Below are positions 21,901 through 31,253 of a DNA stretch of 64,000 bases, piece after piece; within the stretch, counting starts at the first letter, position 1; each line of letters opens with the position of its first letter. Location: contig CAVQBA010000005.1 of assembly GCA_963710605.1 (NCBI GenBank), positions 96,001 through 160,000 of the forward strand, read 5' to 3'. A program made the translations under genes and the position numbers. The notes under the pieces were generated by a model. The model was not told the DNA's origin. It did not search any database and saw nothing but the letters and a program-made list of their open reading frames with translations. This DNA is from an uncultured cyanobacterium (GTDB lineage Bacteria; Cyanobacteriota; Cyanobacteriia; Cyanobacteriales; Cyanobacteriaceae).

Positions 21901-24228
21901 GAACAAAAACAAATAGAAGAAAAATTAAAAGAAAACCAAAGGCGTTTACGATTTGCCTTAGAAGGTTCAGAAAACGGCGTTTGGGATTGGAATATTGAGC
22001 AAAAAACAGTGTTTTATTCCCCTCAATGGAAAAAGATGCTCGGCTACGAAGTAGATGAAATAGAACATACTTTCGAGCAATGGGAAAGTTTACTTCATCC
22101 TGAAGATAAAGATTCATGTTCTCGGTTAATTAATCAACATCTTGATGGTATTACCTCAATCTACATTAACGAACACCGTTTACGCTGTAAAGACGGAAGT
22201 TATAAATGGATAATGGCAAGGGGAAAGATACTTGAATGGACAGATGATGGTAAACCCTTAAGAACATTTGGTACTCATACCGATATTAGCGATCGTAAAT
22301 TAGCTGAAGAAAAACTAATAGAAGCTCAACGATTTTCTCAAAGAATAACTGAAAATACACCGAACATTATTTATATTTATGATTTAGTTGAAAATCGTAA
22401 TATATATTGTAATCGTGAACTATTTCAAATCCTTGGTTATAGTCCTGAAGAAGTTCAAAACATGGGTTCGCAACTATTTGAGTTTTTAATTCATCCTGAT
22501 GATTTACAAAGACTAATTCAGTATCAACAACAAATTTTAAAGCTTAAAAATCATGAAGTTTGCGAAATAGAATATCGTATTCGTCATGCCGATGGTAGTT
22601 GGCGTTATTTACTTGATCATGTTAGTGTTTTTAGACGAGACCAAAATGGTTTAGTTATTCAGTATATCGGTTCTAGTCAAGATATTACCGAACGTAAACA
22701 AACAGAATTATTACTCAAACAAGTCAATCTTGAATTAGAAGCAAGAGTCAAACAACGTACGATCGAATTAGAAAAAGCCAAAGAAAAAGCCGAGTCAGCT
22801 AATCAAGCTAAAACTAGTTTTTTAGCAAACATGAGTCATGAGTTACGTACTCCCTTAAATGGAATTATGGGTTATGCCCAAATTTTACAAACATCTAACT
22901 ACATACTAGTAGAAGATAAAAAAAATATACAGCTTATTTATCAATGTGGTTCTCATTTGTTAAACCTAATTGAAGATATTTTAGATATTTCAGCGATCGA
23001 AGTTGGTAAAATGCAACTATATCCTCAAGAGTTTTTTCTGCCTAGTTTATTAAAAGAAGTCGTCGTAGTTTGCCAACTCAAAGCCCAAAACAAAAATTTG
23101 GAATTAATTTATACACCTAACCCTTTAATTCCCAAAATTATTATTCAAGATCAAAGACGTTTAAAACAAGTTTTACTTAATTTACTTAGTAATGCCATCA
23201 AATTTACTCGTCAGGGAAAAATTACTTTAAAAATTGATTTCAAGCCTGATTTATTACTAAACAAAAAGCTTAATCAAGAAATTAGTTTAACGGCAAATAG
23301 TGGTATGCTCTATTTTGAAGTAAAAGATACAGGTATCGGACTTTCTACTGAGCAATTAAAAACTATTTTTCTGCCCTTTGAGCAAGTTGGTTCAGTCGAA
23401 CAAAAATCTCATGGTACAGGATTAGGTTTATCTATTTGCCAAAATATTCTCAAGTTGATGAATAGTGAATTAAAAGTTGAAAGTAGTTTAGGTAAAGGTA
23501 GTACTTTTTCTTTTACTTTACCCGTTGCTACATCTAATCAACAATCACAAAACATATACTCAATTTTACCTAGTAATATTATCGGTTACGAAGGTCAAAA
23601 AAAGAAAATTTTGATCGTGGACGATCGTATCAACAACAGAAAAATACTCGAACAGATATTACAACCGATCGGGTTTATTGTCAAAGAAGCTAGTGATGGT
23701 ATTGAAGGTTTAGAGAAGGTAGTTTATTTTGAACCAGATTTAATTATTCTTGATTTGGTTATGCCGAATATGGACGGTTGGAAAATGCTTGAACATTTAC
23801 GCCAAATGCCTCAAGGAAAAGATACACAAGTAATCATTTATACAGCCAATGTAGCTAATAAGCAAGAACTTGAACGATCTACTTTACTTGATTGTTGTGC
23901 TTTTATTTCTAAACCTGTTAATATTGCTACGTTACTAAATCAAGTTAGTCAAGCCCTTAATCTATCTTGGATTTATGATACTTCCTCAGCGATCGAAGAA
24001 AATGATTTGAGTGAAAATACAATTATTGATTTTCCACCCCAAGATATTTTAGTCAAATTGTACGATATAAGTAAACAAGGTCGTTTGAGTTCACTAATAA
24101 AAGAAGTTAAAAAACTGACAAAATCAGATATCAAATACCAAGCGTTTGCAAATCATCTTCAATATTTAGCTGAAGAGATGGAATTCAAAGAAATTGAACA
24201 GTTTTTATCTAGACAGATTACACAGTAG
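18907..24228 (+). CDS. Multi-PAS/GAF hybrid sensor histidine kinase with receiver domain
   Basis: About 7 PAS/PAC units (HPDD...DIT), one GAF, H-box FLANMSHELRTPL, HATPase NLLSNAIKFT/DTGIG/GTGLGL, REC ILIVDD...DLVMP...KP. Confidence 0.95.
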   Translation: MINRDSIPLFIFHTQKAISSFINNEIFTANLHLNQAKEYIDRVNIDQIRESYFCFYDSLVAIAMIDNNETDWLSQQEKVEANQNQLLQFNQDFDHNYLSQWQLVEAEKYRIIDQKLEAIELYDNAIATAKEKEDFLIEALANELAAKFYLAWGKTKIAKVYLKEAYDYYHSQGLIAKIVYLAQYYSELLNPSINHFLDSEDGCYIPTDISPVGIYHCDAQGQCIYANSKTRELKGLTLKEILNDGWTKRLHPDDRLPVYNSWLSFVKQSKLNLNLEFKQEMRFIHPEKGLVWIYSQAMAQRNEKGEVTGFIGISVDITDVKELEIVQQTSANKLEDILDNSAAVISCFHLYPDLSWQYQYYSEGSKSIFGYSHSELLADQKLWLSRIIPEDIENTIFPSLKSTQEKRISTGNLVFRFRHKDNSIRWISESFTARQHLEQDCLIVTTISIDITAKKQAEEALKHSEAKLRSILENAPNYIIQVDRQHNILFINRLGEGYTLESVIGHSVEEFTLPQSHEIQAEAIAQVFDTGKTQTVEIEALGDNQVKAVYETKFVPVIKNQQVESVIIMATDITARKQAQATIENLVIDTSSVTGENFFPVLAQQIAQTLQISDVLVSRKNNQQLETLSWYSNGEIKDNCVYPICHSPCETTIEQSSHYCIQNVQQQYPQDRELKDMNAESYMGVALKNKTGEVIGVLCIFDRQPLPKNYLFIQNILKIFGTRAAAELERLEVEEALRNLNQELEERINRRTLALASSQKDLRTIFNSVDEAIFIHDWQGNILDVNARGLELFTTTKKQISQMTFVQLLQPPFTEKQLSDNYQKLKQGENLNLEWQAKRPYDNFIFEVEVSLKKITINNIDIVLAVVRDITKQKQAKVQLQESRNMLKLVLDTIPQRVFWKDLNLKYLGCNSTFAQDTNLTCEEIIGKSDFDCIWKNWAQRYEDDDAIVINSLIPKLNYEEPTFINNDQKRWVRTSKIPLTNSQNEVIGVLGCYEDITEQKQIEEKLKENQRRLRFALEGSENGVWDWNIEQKTVFYSPQWKKMLGYEVDEIEHTFEQWESLLHPEDKDSCSRLINQHLDGITSIYINEHRLRCKDGSYKWIMARGKILEWTDDGKPLRTFGTHTDISDRKLAEEKLIEAQRFSQRITENTPNIIYIYDLVENRNIYCNRELFQILGYSPEEVQNMGSQLFEFLIHPDDLQRLIQYQQQILKLKNHEVCEIEYRIRHADGSWRYLLDHVSVFRRDQNGLVIQYIGSSQDITERKQTELLLKQVNLELEARVKQRTIELEKAKEKAESANQAKTSFLANMSHELRTPLNGIMGYAQILQTSNYILVEDKKNIQLIYQCGSHLLNLIEDILDISAIEVGKMQLYPQEFFLPSLLKEVVVVCQLKAQNKNLELIYTPNPLIPKIIIQDQRRLKQVLLNLLSNAIKFTRQGKITLKIDFKPDLLLNKKLNQEISLTANSGMLYFEVKDTGIGLSTEQLKTIFLPFEQVGSVEQKSHGTGLGLSICQNILKLMNSELKVESSLGKGSTFSFTLPVATSNQQSQNIYSILPSNIIGYEGQKKKILIVDDRINNRKILEQILQPIGFIVKEASDGIEGLEKVVYFEPDLIILDLVMPNMDGWKMLEHLRQMPQGKDTQVIIYTANVANKQELERSTLLDCCAFISKPVNIATLLNQVSQALNLSWIYDTSSAIEENDLSENTIIDFPPQDILVKLYDISKQGRLSSLIKEVKKLTKSDIKYQAFANHLQYLAEEMEFKEIEQFLSRQITQ

Positions 24229-24409
24229 AAGCAGTAAGGAGTGTTTATTCTTAACTATCAATTTTTCACTCTTAACTCAAAAACACCTAAAACCTAAAAC
24301 CTAATTTCATTGTCAATTACGGTTAATAGATGTATGATCAAAGCAGAAAGATCATTAATAAAATCTTAATTTTTTTCCCTCAATATTACCAACATTCCCA
24401 TCATATTTC

Positions 24410-25279
24410 ATGAGACATCGGAATATAAGTCCAGACAGTGCCCTTGGTTTAGTTTCAACCTATAGTTTCCCCGCAATAGTTGGTACAGCAGATATGATGC
24501 TAAAATCAGCAGAAGTGATGCTAGTAGGCTACGAAAAAATTGGCGGAGGTCATTGTACTGCGATCGTTAGAGGTAATATCGCCGATGTCCGTTTAGCAGT
24601 AGAAGAAGGTGCGAGAATGGCTGAACAAATCGGTCAATTACACACTAAATTGATTATTGCTCGTCCGATGCCAAACCTAGAAGCTATTTTCCCGATCGGT
24701 AGTCAGTTAGCCCAAATGGCACAACAAACCAGAGGTTATAGTCGTTTAAGTAATCGATCGATTGGTTTGATTGAAACTAGGGGTTTTCCCGCAATGGTAG
24801 CCGCCGCTGATGCGATGCTAAAATCGGCTGATGTACAATTAGCTTCCTATGAAACGATCGGTGCTGGTTTATGTACTGCTATTATTAGAGGCTCAGTCGC
24901 TAACGTCGCTGTAGCGATCGAAGCAGGTATGGCAGAAGCCGAAAGAATCGGCGATTTGAATTCAGTGATGATTATTCCTCGTTTATTAGAAGATTTAGAA
25001 CATACTTTACCTGTAGCCAATTACTGGTTAGATGAAGAGGAAGACAAAGAACAACCATTACCAAACTTTGCGACTAAACAAAGACGTAAACCCAAAAAAC
25101 GTAAGTTGGTTGCTTTACCTGAATTAGAAAAAATTCCTCTTTCTTTTGAAACTAGAGAAAAAGTCCAGCAAGAAGCTACCTTAGAGTCTCAGTTGGAATT
25201 AGAAGAGCCATTAGAAAAACCGCTAGAACAACCTTTAGAAATGATTGAAATAGATGCCGAAATCGAAGATGATGAATAA
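24410..25279 (+). CDS. ccmO: Carboxysome shell protein CcmO (tandem BMC domains)
   Basis: Two BMC repeats (ALGLVSTYSFPAIVGTADMMLKSA; IGLIETRGFPAMVAAADAMLKSA) plus acidic tail. Confidence 0.9.
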   Translation: MRHRNISPDSALGLVSTYSFPAIVGTADMMLKSAEVMLVGYEKIGGGHCTAIVRGNIADVRLAVEEGARMAEQIGQLHTKLIIARPMPNLEAIFPIGSQLAQMAQQTRGYSRLSNRSIGLIETRGFPAMVAAADAMLKSADVQLASYETIGAGLCTAIIRGSVANVAVAIEAGMAEAERIGDLNSVMIIPRLLEDLEHTLPVANYWLDEEEDKEQPLPNFATKQRRKPKKRKLVALPELEKIPLSFETREKVQQEATLESQLELEEPLEKPLEQPLEMIEIDAEIEDDE

Positions 25280-25359
25280 CGATCGTCGTATTAACTAAAG
25301 TGTTTTATCTTAATTCTTTTTTACGTTGGAGGATTAATTTATAGTACAATCGATCGAGA

Positions 25360-25968
25360 TTATTTAACTTTTGAGTCATCACTTGCTCGATTTGCCCGTT
25401 TATACTTCAATTGATATTCTCGTCGTTGCTTAGTCACTTCATAAAGTACAATTCCGCTGGTCGTACCCAAATTAAGACTTTCAATCATGCCAAACATAGG
25501 AATCGAGACACAAAACTCGCTTTTTTCGACTGCCATATCACTAATCCCAAGACTCTCATTTCCAAACCAGACTGCTAATCTTGGCTGAGTATAATCTGCC
25601 TCGTGAAGCACCTCGTTTTTCTTGCCTTTCATATGTGGTGAGGTGACAATAGAGACAAATCTATTTTTTTCTAAATGTTCAAAACATTGTTCGGTGCTAT
25701 CAAATCTTTTCACAAAACTCCATTTAATCGCAGAAACGGAAATTTTAGATAGTAACTTACGCTCACGCATTTGTTGCCAATCATCTGGTAAAGTTTTTTT
25801 TTGATCTACTATGTAGGTTTTCTCTACGCCTAAAGCATTTACATTACGGATGATAGTAGCAATATTGATCATGTCAACAGGATTTTCAATTACGGCAATT
25901 AGATTTTTACAACGGTAATCTTTTATTTTCTCTGCTCTTTTTCTGACATTACTTTTTGTTTTTTCCAT
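25360..25968 (-). CDS. TrmH/SpoU-family RNA methyltransferase
   Basis: N.ATIIRN..ALG, VWFGNESLG, IPMFGMIESLNL. Confidence 0.9.
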   Translation of the reverse strand: MEKTKSNVRKRAEKIKDYRCKNLIAVIENPVDMINIATIIRNVNALGVEKTYIVDQKKTLPDDWQQMRERKLLSKISVSAIKWSFVKRFDSTEQCFEHLEKNRFVSIVTSPHMKGKKNEVLHEADYTQPRLAVWFGNESLGISDMAVEKSEFCVSIPMFGMIESLNLGTTSGIVLYEVTKQRREYQLKYKRANRASDDSKVK

Positions 25969-26018
25969 TTTCTCCTTTATCTACTATTTTATAGTTATAT
26001 CAAATACAAAAAATACTT

Positions 26019-26044
26019 CAGGGCGTAAGCATATACACCCCTAC
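26019..26044 (-). repeat. GTAG-type REP-like palindrome
   Basis: Minus strand GTAGGGGTGTA-TATGCT-TACGCCCTG. Confidence 0.55.
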
Positions 26045-26088
26045 AACAAATATAAAACTAACATTACTTACTTAAAACTCTTATTATT

Positions 26089-26436
26089 TTAATTTATTCT
26101 ATATTTAATATGATGTTGTTGACATAAAGACGTTATTTCACCGACTTGATTTTGTAAGAGGTTTTTAATTATATATTTTCGATCGTCACTAATTGCTTTA
26201 TATAATCTCATCAATGATATATCCTTTGAATTAGGATCAATATCATGAATAAATCTGATTGCTTCGATTGTAGTAGTATAACGATCGAAATATAAAGTTA
26301 GTTGATATTCTAATTCAATCTCAAGGTAACCTTCGATAATATTGCCATTTATTTTGTAACCACACTTTGAGCAAGATTGTATTTCACGTACACAAGACAC
26401 ATTTACATATTCTCCACCTTTTGATAAAGTTGGCAT
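26089..26436 (-). CDS. Small Cys-rich hypothetical protein; true start probably upstream
   Basis: Frame stays open upstream of ATG 26436 (NGYGIGESKLNNCPCCK), giving CPCC...CSKC. Confidence 0.5.
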   Translation of the reverse strand: MPTLSKGGEYVNVSCVREIQSCSKCGYKINGNIIEGYLEIELEYQLTLYFDRYTTTIEAIRFIHDIDPNSKDISLMRLYKAISDDRKYIIKNLLQNQVGEITSLCQQHHIKYRIN

Positions 26437-26497
26437 TTTACAACAAGGGCAATTATTTAATTTACTTTCACCAATGCCGTAGCCATTTATTATGTTT

Positions 26498-27211
26498 CTA
26501 AACTGGGTTGCTCAATCTAGCTACTTTCAAAAAAATAGTAAAAATTAGCTTCAGACAATATTTCATTATAATTGAAGATAGAATAAAAAATAATAAGCTC
26601 AAGATAATCAAAGGAGTAGTAAAGAAAAATAGTTTATTCGCAGTCTGAGTGAGCATCGATATATCTATATTCAGAAAATATACTAAATCAAAGGGTATAG
26701 TTTGAAACAAATTAACGTCTGAATAATAACTAAAAAAAGCCATAACATAAAACGAGACAGCCATTAAGAAATACATACCTGATATGAGAATCACTGCTTC
26801 TTTTTTAAATGCTAATGTCACGAATAAATAAACTATCAAAGTTCCTAAGAAAAAAGCGGCTGCTGTCGAATTCGTCATCAAACTTGGACAATAATTAAAA
26901 ATTCCTATCGATAACAATATACAGCTTATTTTTAAGGATACATTCTGTTCAAGCTGAAAAACAAAAGATTTAGCTATTACTTCTGAGTCATTTTCTCTAG
27001 CCCATTTTCCTAAGTTTTTTCTATATCTATTTAGGCTAAAATCTTTAATTTTTCTGGCAAATATAATAATTTTTCTTCTTATAAAATAGACACATAAACA
27101 AGATACACTTAAAAGTATAATCCATTGAAGGAAAGTAAAATTTTTAAAAAAGCAAAAAACTTCTATTCTAAAAAATAGTAAAACAGATAATATCCAACCT
27201 AAAAACTTCAT
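26498..27211 (-). CDS. Hypothetical multi-pass membrane protein
   Basis: Several hydrophobic helices; very AT-rich. Confidence 0.55.
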   Translation of the reverse strand: MKFLGWILSVLLFFRIEVFCFFKNFTFLQWIILLSVSCLCVYFIRRKIIIFARKIKDFSLNRYRKNLGKWARENDSEVIAKSFVFQLEQNVSLKISCILLSIGIFNYCPSLMTNSTAAAFFLGTLIVYLFVTLAFKKEAVILISGMYFLMAVSFYVMAFFSYYSDVNLFQTIPFDLVYFLNIDISMLTQTANKLFFFTTPLIILSLLFFILSSIIMKYCLKLIFTIFLKVARLSNPV

Positions 27212-27556
27212 CGCTCGCTCCTTTGTATTAACTATTCACATTTAGAGTCAATTTTAATCTTTAGTCAATGAGTCTAAGTTAAATTAGCCTAGACTAATGT
27301 AATCCAAATTACTATGATTATATTGAATTTTTTTCTGAACTACCTTAATCTTTACATTTATAAATAAAACAAAAAAACTTTTTTACTCAAAGATAGTTGT
27401 GATATTCTTACGGTACAACAATTGCTTGGATATGAAAGATGTTAAAACAACAATAATTTATCTCATTTATTTAATCGTTGTAGAAGTATTGAGAATTTTA
27501 GCTACTCTACATTCGTTGTGTCTTTCGGAGATTACTATCTGTTTTATAATTAAAAG

Positions 27557-28585
27557 ATGGAAAAACTTACTTTAACTCGCCCCGACGATTTTCATTTACA
27601 TTTACGTGATGGGGAAGCACTCAAAGCTGTTTTACCCCATACGGTGCGTACCTTTGCTCGTGCGATCGTTATGCCTAACTTGAAACCGCCGATACGATCG
27701 TATTTCGATGCTAAAGCTTATCGTGATCGGATCATTAAAGCAATACCCGCAGGCAAAAAGTTTGAGCCATTAATGACACTTTATCTGACTGATAACACAA
27801 CACCTGAAGATATTATTACCGCCAAAGCATCTGAGTTTGTAAAAGCAGTTAAATATTACCCCGCAGGTGCAACTACTAATTCAGAATCTGGTGTCACTGA
27901 TATTCGTAAATGCGATCGTGTTTTCTCAGCGATGCAGGAAGTTGATTTACCTTTATTGTTGCACGGAGAAGTAACCCATAAAGATGTTGATATATTCGAT
28001 CGTGAAAAAGTATTTATCGAGCAATATTTAATTCCTTTAAGACAACGTTTTCCGAAACTACGTATTGTCCTTGAACATATTACTACCTTAGATGCAGTCA
28101 AATTTGTTCTCGCTAATGACAACATAATGGCAACCATTACACCACAACATTTGTTATTTAATCGTAATAGTATCTTCAATGGTGGTATTCGCCCTCATTA
28201 TTATTGCCTACCAATTTTGAAACGAGAAACGCATCGTCAAGCACTTTTAGAAGCCGCCACTTCTGGTAATCCCAAGTTTTTTCTAGGCACTGATAGTGCG
28301 CCCCATTCACGTGATAAAAAAGAAAATGATTGTGGTTGTGCAGGTTGTTATTCAGCTTTACACGCTATTGAATTATATGCCGAAGTTTTTGAAAGTGTTA
28401 ATGCACTAGATAAATTAGAAGCTTTTGCCAGTTTTTATGGAGCAGATTTTTATCAACTTCCCCGTAATACCGAGCAAATTACCTTGATTAAAAACACTTG
28501 GCGTATTCCTGATAAACTTCCATTCACTGACTCTGAAATTGTACCTTTACGTGCAGGAGAAGAGATAACTTGGCAAATGGCATGA
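27557..28585 (+). CDS. pyrC: Dihydroorotase (E. coli-like class)
   Basis: [37 protein letters not shown]. Confidence 0.97.
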   Translation: MEKLTLTRPDDFHLHLRDGEALKAVLPHTVRTFARAIVMPNLKPPIRSYFDAKAYRDRIIKAIPAGKKFEPLMTLYLTDNTTPEDIITAKASEFVKAVKYYPAGATTNSESGVTDIRKCDRVFSAMQEVDLPLLLHGEVTHKDVDIFDREKVFIEQYLIPLRQRFPKLRIVLEHITTLDAVKFVLANDNIMATITPQHLLFNRNSIFNGGIRPHYYCLPILKRETHRQALLEAATSGNPKFFLGTDSAPHSRDKKENDCGCAGCYSALHAIELYAEVFESVNALDKLEAFASFYGADFYQLPRNTEQITLIKNTWRIPDKLPFTDSEIVPLRAGEEITWQMA

Positions 28586-28683
28586 CCAAATTAGAAGCAA
28601 AATATTGAAACTAATCTACTTAAATTATGTTGGTAAATAGTTGAGGTAATTAAGATTGGTTGTTTAAGTAATTTTTATCAATG

Positions 28684-28872
28684 TTAATCTTTCCATTGTG
28701 TGCGACGATATCGCTTCCAATTTTTCATTCTTTTGCGAGTGTTAAGGGATTCGTAACACCATCGGTTCGATTTTAAACACCATTCACATAATCTTAATTC
28801 AGGATATATTTTTACTGCTCTATATCGAAAACTTTCAAATTGAGGATAATCATATTGATCGTATTGTAGTCC
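28684..28872 (-). other. Small ORF (3' part) at the IS605 insertion site
   Basis: GLQYDQYDYPQF...CEWC...NWKRYRRTQWKD lies outside the intron; the track ORF 28684..29106 is a chimera of this and intron DV/DVI sequence. Confidence 0.4.
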
Positions 28873-28873
28873 T

Positions 28874-31216
28874 ATCGGGTAAGGTTTGAGGGTCACCCCT
28901 CGCACCTCCCCTAGAACCGTACGTGTCAGTTTCCCAACATACGGCTCAAGCCTCACTTCAAGCCTTTGACTTGGTTTTTGAATGTACCTGTTTGTGACAA
29001 GCTTTATGCAGATGTACAAGGTTGTCAGCGGAATCATTACCGCCATCTGATACTGGTACGATGTGATGGGTTTCCAGCTCTTCTCCATTGAATAGATATT
29101 CTCCACAAATTTGGCATTTCCAATTTTGATTTACAGCTACTTGATAGTATTTACTACCTTTTGCCCAGTAATTTTTGCCCTGTTTTAATTTGCGGTTGTT
29201 CCAGTATTCACGGAGTGAGGGATTATCTGGACTAGCGTTGCCTCTGACTTTGACGTGTCTGATGATAGGGGTTCTAGCTATATTGTATAGGATACGAGTT
29301 TCTCTTTTCCTTTTCTTCCAGTTCCTTTACACATGAACCACCGTTTACTTCCTCTGAAGCGATGAAAATATTTGTTTTAATACCATCTTTTTGATTTGTT
29401 GGGATGTCTTCTTTTAGCCCAACGATAAAGGTAATGCCATACTCGATTTTCGATGTATGAGAAGGTTTCTTTGCTAACTGCACCTCTGTAGTAATTAGCA
29501 AAACCTCTGAGAAGTGGATTCAATTTTCTGATAACATTTTCTTGAGTCCGACGCCTTCATTTCTGATAGTGTTTTCCCTATCTTTTTACAGAAGGCAAGT
29601 ACTTTTTCTTTTTGAGGTTTAATCAATAACTTCCCTTTGTATTGGCGAAGGTTGAATCCTAAAAAGTCGAATCCGTCTTCTATATGAACTATCCTTGTCT
29701 TCTCAGCACTGATTTCTAGTTTTCTTTCGGATAACCATTGTCTTTATCTGGATAGATATAGTTTCTAAAGATTCTTTATCTTTTGCAGTGATTACAAAAT
29801 CATCTGCATATCTTATAAATCCTAGTTTTTTATTTTGGAACTTAACAAACTCTTCTAAACCATGTAAACCAATGTTGGCTAATAATGGACTAATCACTCC
29901 ACCTTGTGGTGTTCCAGCCTCAGTTGAGTTATAAACTCCCTTTATCTATGTATCCAGCTTTTAACCATTCTTTATTATAGCTCATTGGGATGAGATTCAA
30001 TCATAGTTTAGAATAGATTCATGAGAAATGTTATCGAAGAAACCTTTTATATCAGTGTCTAGAACCCATTTGTCTCTATTTAATTTACCACCCATGAGTC
30101 TTTTAAAACATTGCTCGATGGCATCCTGACAGCTTCGACCACATCTGAACCCATAGGTGTTAGGTTCAAATATGGCTTCCCATTCGGATTCTAGTGTATT
30201 TTTGACTATTGCTTGTGCAACTCTATCTCTCACATTTGGGATTCCGAGAGGACGTTTCTTGCCATTAGATTTGGGTATGTAAACCCGTTTTGTTGGAGCT
30301 GCTCTTGGCATTTTCCATTCATTGACAAGTTTTACTCGCTGTGCAGGGGTGTTTATCACCTCTTTGTCTATCCCTGCGGTTTGCTTTCCGTATTGACTTG
30401 AGTAATTTGTCTTACACTTAACAATAGGTTTGACAGACTCTTATTATCAATTTTTGCAGCCTTCTTAGCTGTTTCCATTGACCAAGTTTTCTGGCACGGA
30501 AAATTCGGCCTCGCAAATTCTTAACAACTTTATAGAGCTTTACGCCAGTTGACCTGACTCCAGTCCTTTAATTGTCTATTGTCTCCATTTATCAAAATTG
30601 CTTTTGACATCTAACTTTTAACTCCGTTTAGAATCGTTGTGTTTTCGTTTTGTCCGTATAAGACCTAGAGCAACGTCTGCTTTTACTTTCGTTCAGGGGC
30701 AAATTTTGAACCCCTATCTCAATAATTACAATCAAGCATTCGCTTCTTGCTCCATCTTTTACCCTCCAGAGATTTCCGTTTTTGTTACCTCAAACCTACT
30801 CATTGTTTGAGACTCTGTTGGGCTTACCCTGTTGTATCTTTTGGAGTTTTAATGTGGTTAGGATGGTTGACTATTGTGCGATGGAGGTTTTATTTCTACT
30901 TCCTTGTTAAAGTCAAGAACAAGGAATTATCCATTTACCATTTTGGTTCAAAGTCTATCAGGGATAATTTGACTTTTTCGGGAGTAACGCACTTTAATCA
31001 TCAACTTAGGCTACGTTCATCCTTCCACATCTTTCCCTCTAGCTCCTTACCGCTTAATCCCTAGCAGTTACGGCTACTTTTTAGGGTCTGCATTCCAACT
31101 GTTTCGTTACCTACTCGGTTGTGACCAAACTCTTTTGAGTTTTTTCTATGAGGGCAGGTGGTAGAAAACACCTGGGAGCTACACGCTCTGTTCCAATCGA
31201 CCAGTTCAGGTCGCAC
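28874..31216 (-). mobile_element. Group II intron (IIB, chloroplast-like lineage by inference), 2343 nt
   Basis: 5' GTGCG at 31216; DV GAGCCGTATGTTGGGAAACTGACACGTACGGTTC (28914-28947, AGC triad); DVI ending CCTT-A-CCCGAT with bulged A at -7; internal RT ORF. Confidence 0.95.
28958..30610 (-). pseudogene. ltrA: Intron-encoded RT/maturase/HNH endonuclease, multiply frameshifted
   Basis: Fragments MSKAIL..DWSQVNW / GKQTAGID / RPLGIP..RDR..Q / YGFRCGRSCQDAI / DIKGFFDNI / GTPQGGVISPLLANI / RYADDFV / CQICGE...HHIVP..GG....NL..LH..CH. Confidence 0.9.
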
Positions 31217-31253
31217 TGACATACTCCCGTCGCGCATGGGCGAGGGATTCTCC

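Noticed and set aside
28684-29106. 140-aa track ORF as a real gene
   Set aside because: Its 5' two-thirds are intron sequence (alternative frame of the HNH region, DV, DVI); only the part below 28873 is host sequence.
28958-30610. RT as a retron, DGR or CRISPR-associated RT
   Set aside because: It has maturase and HNH parts and lies within canonical group II intron boundaries.
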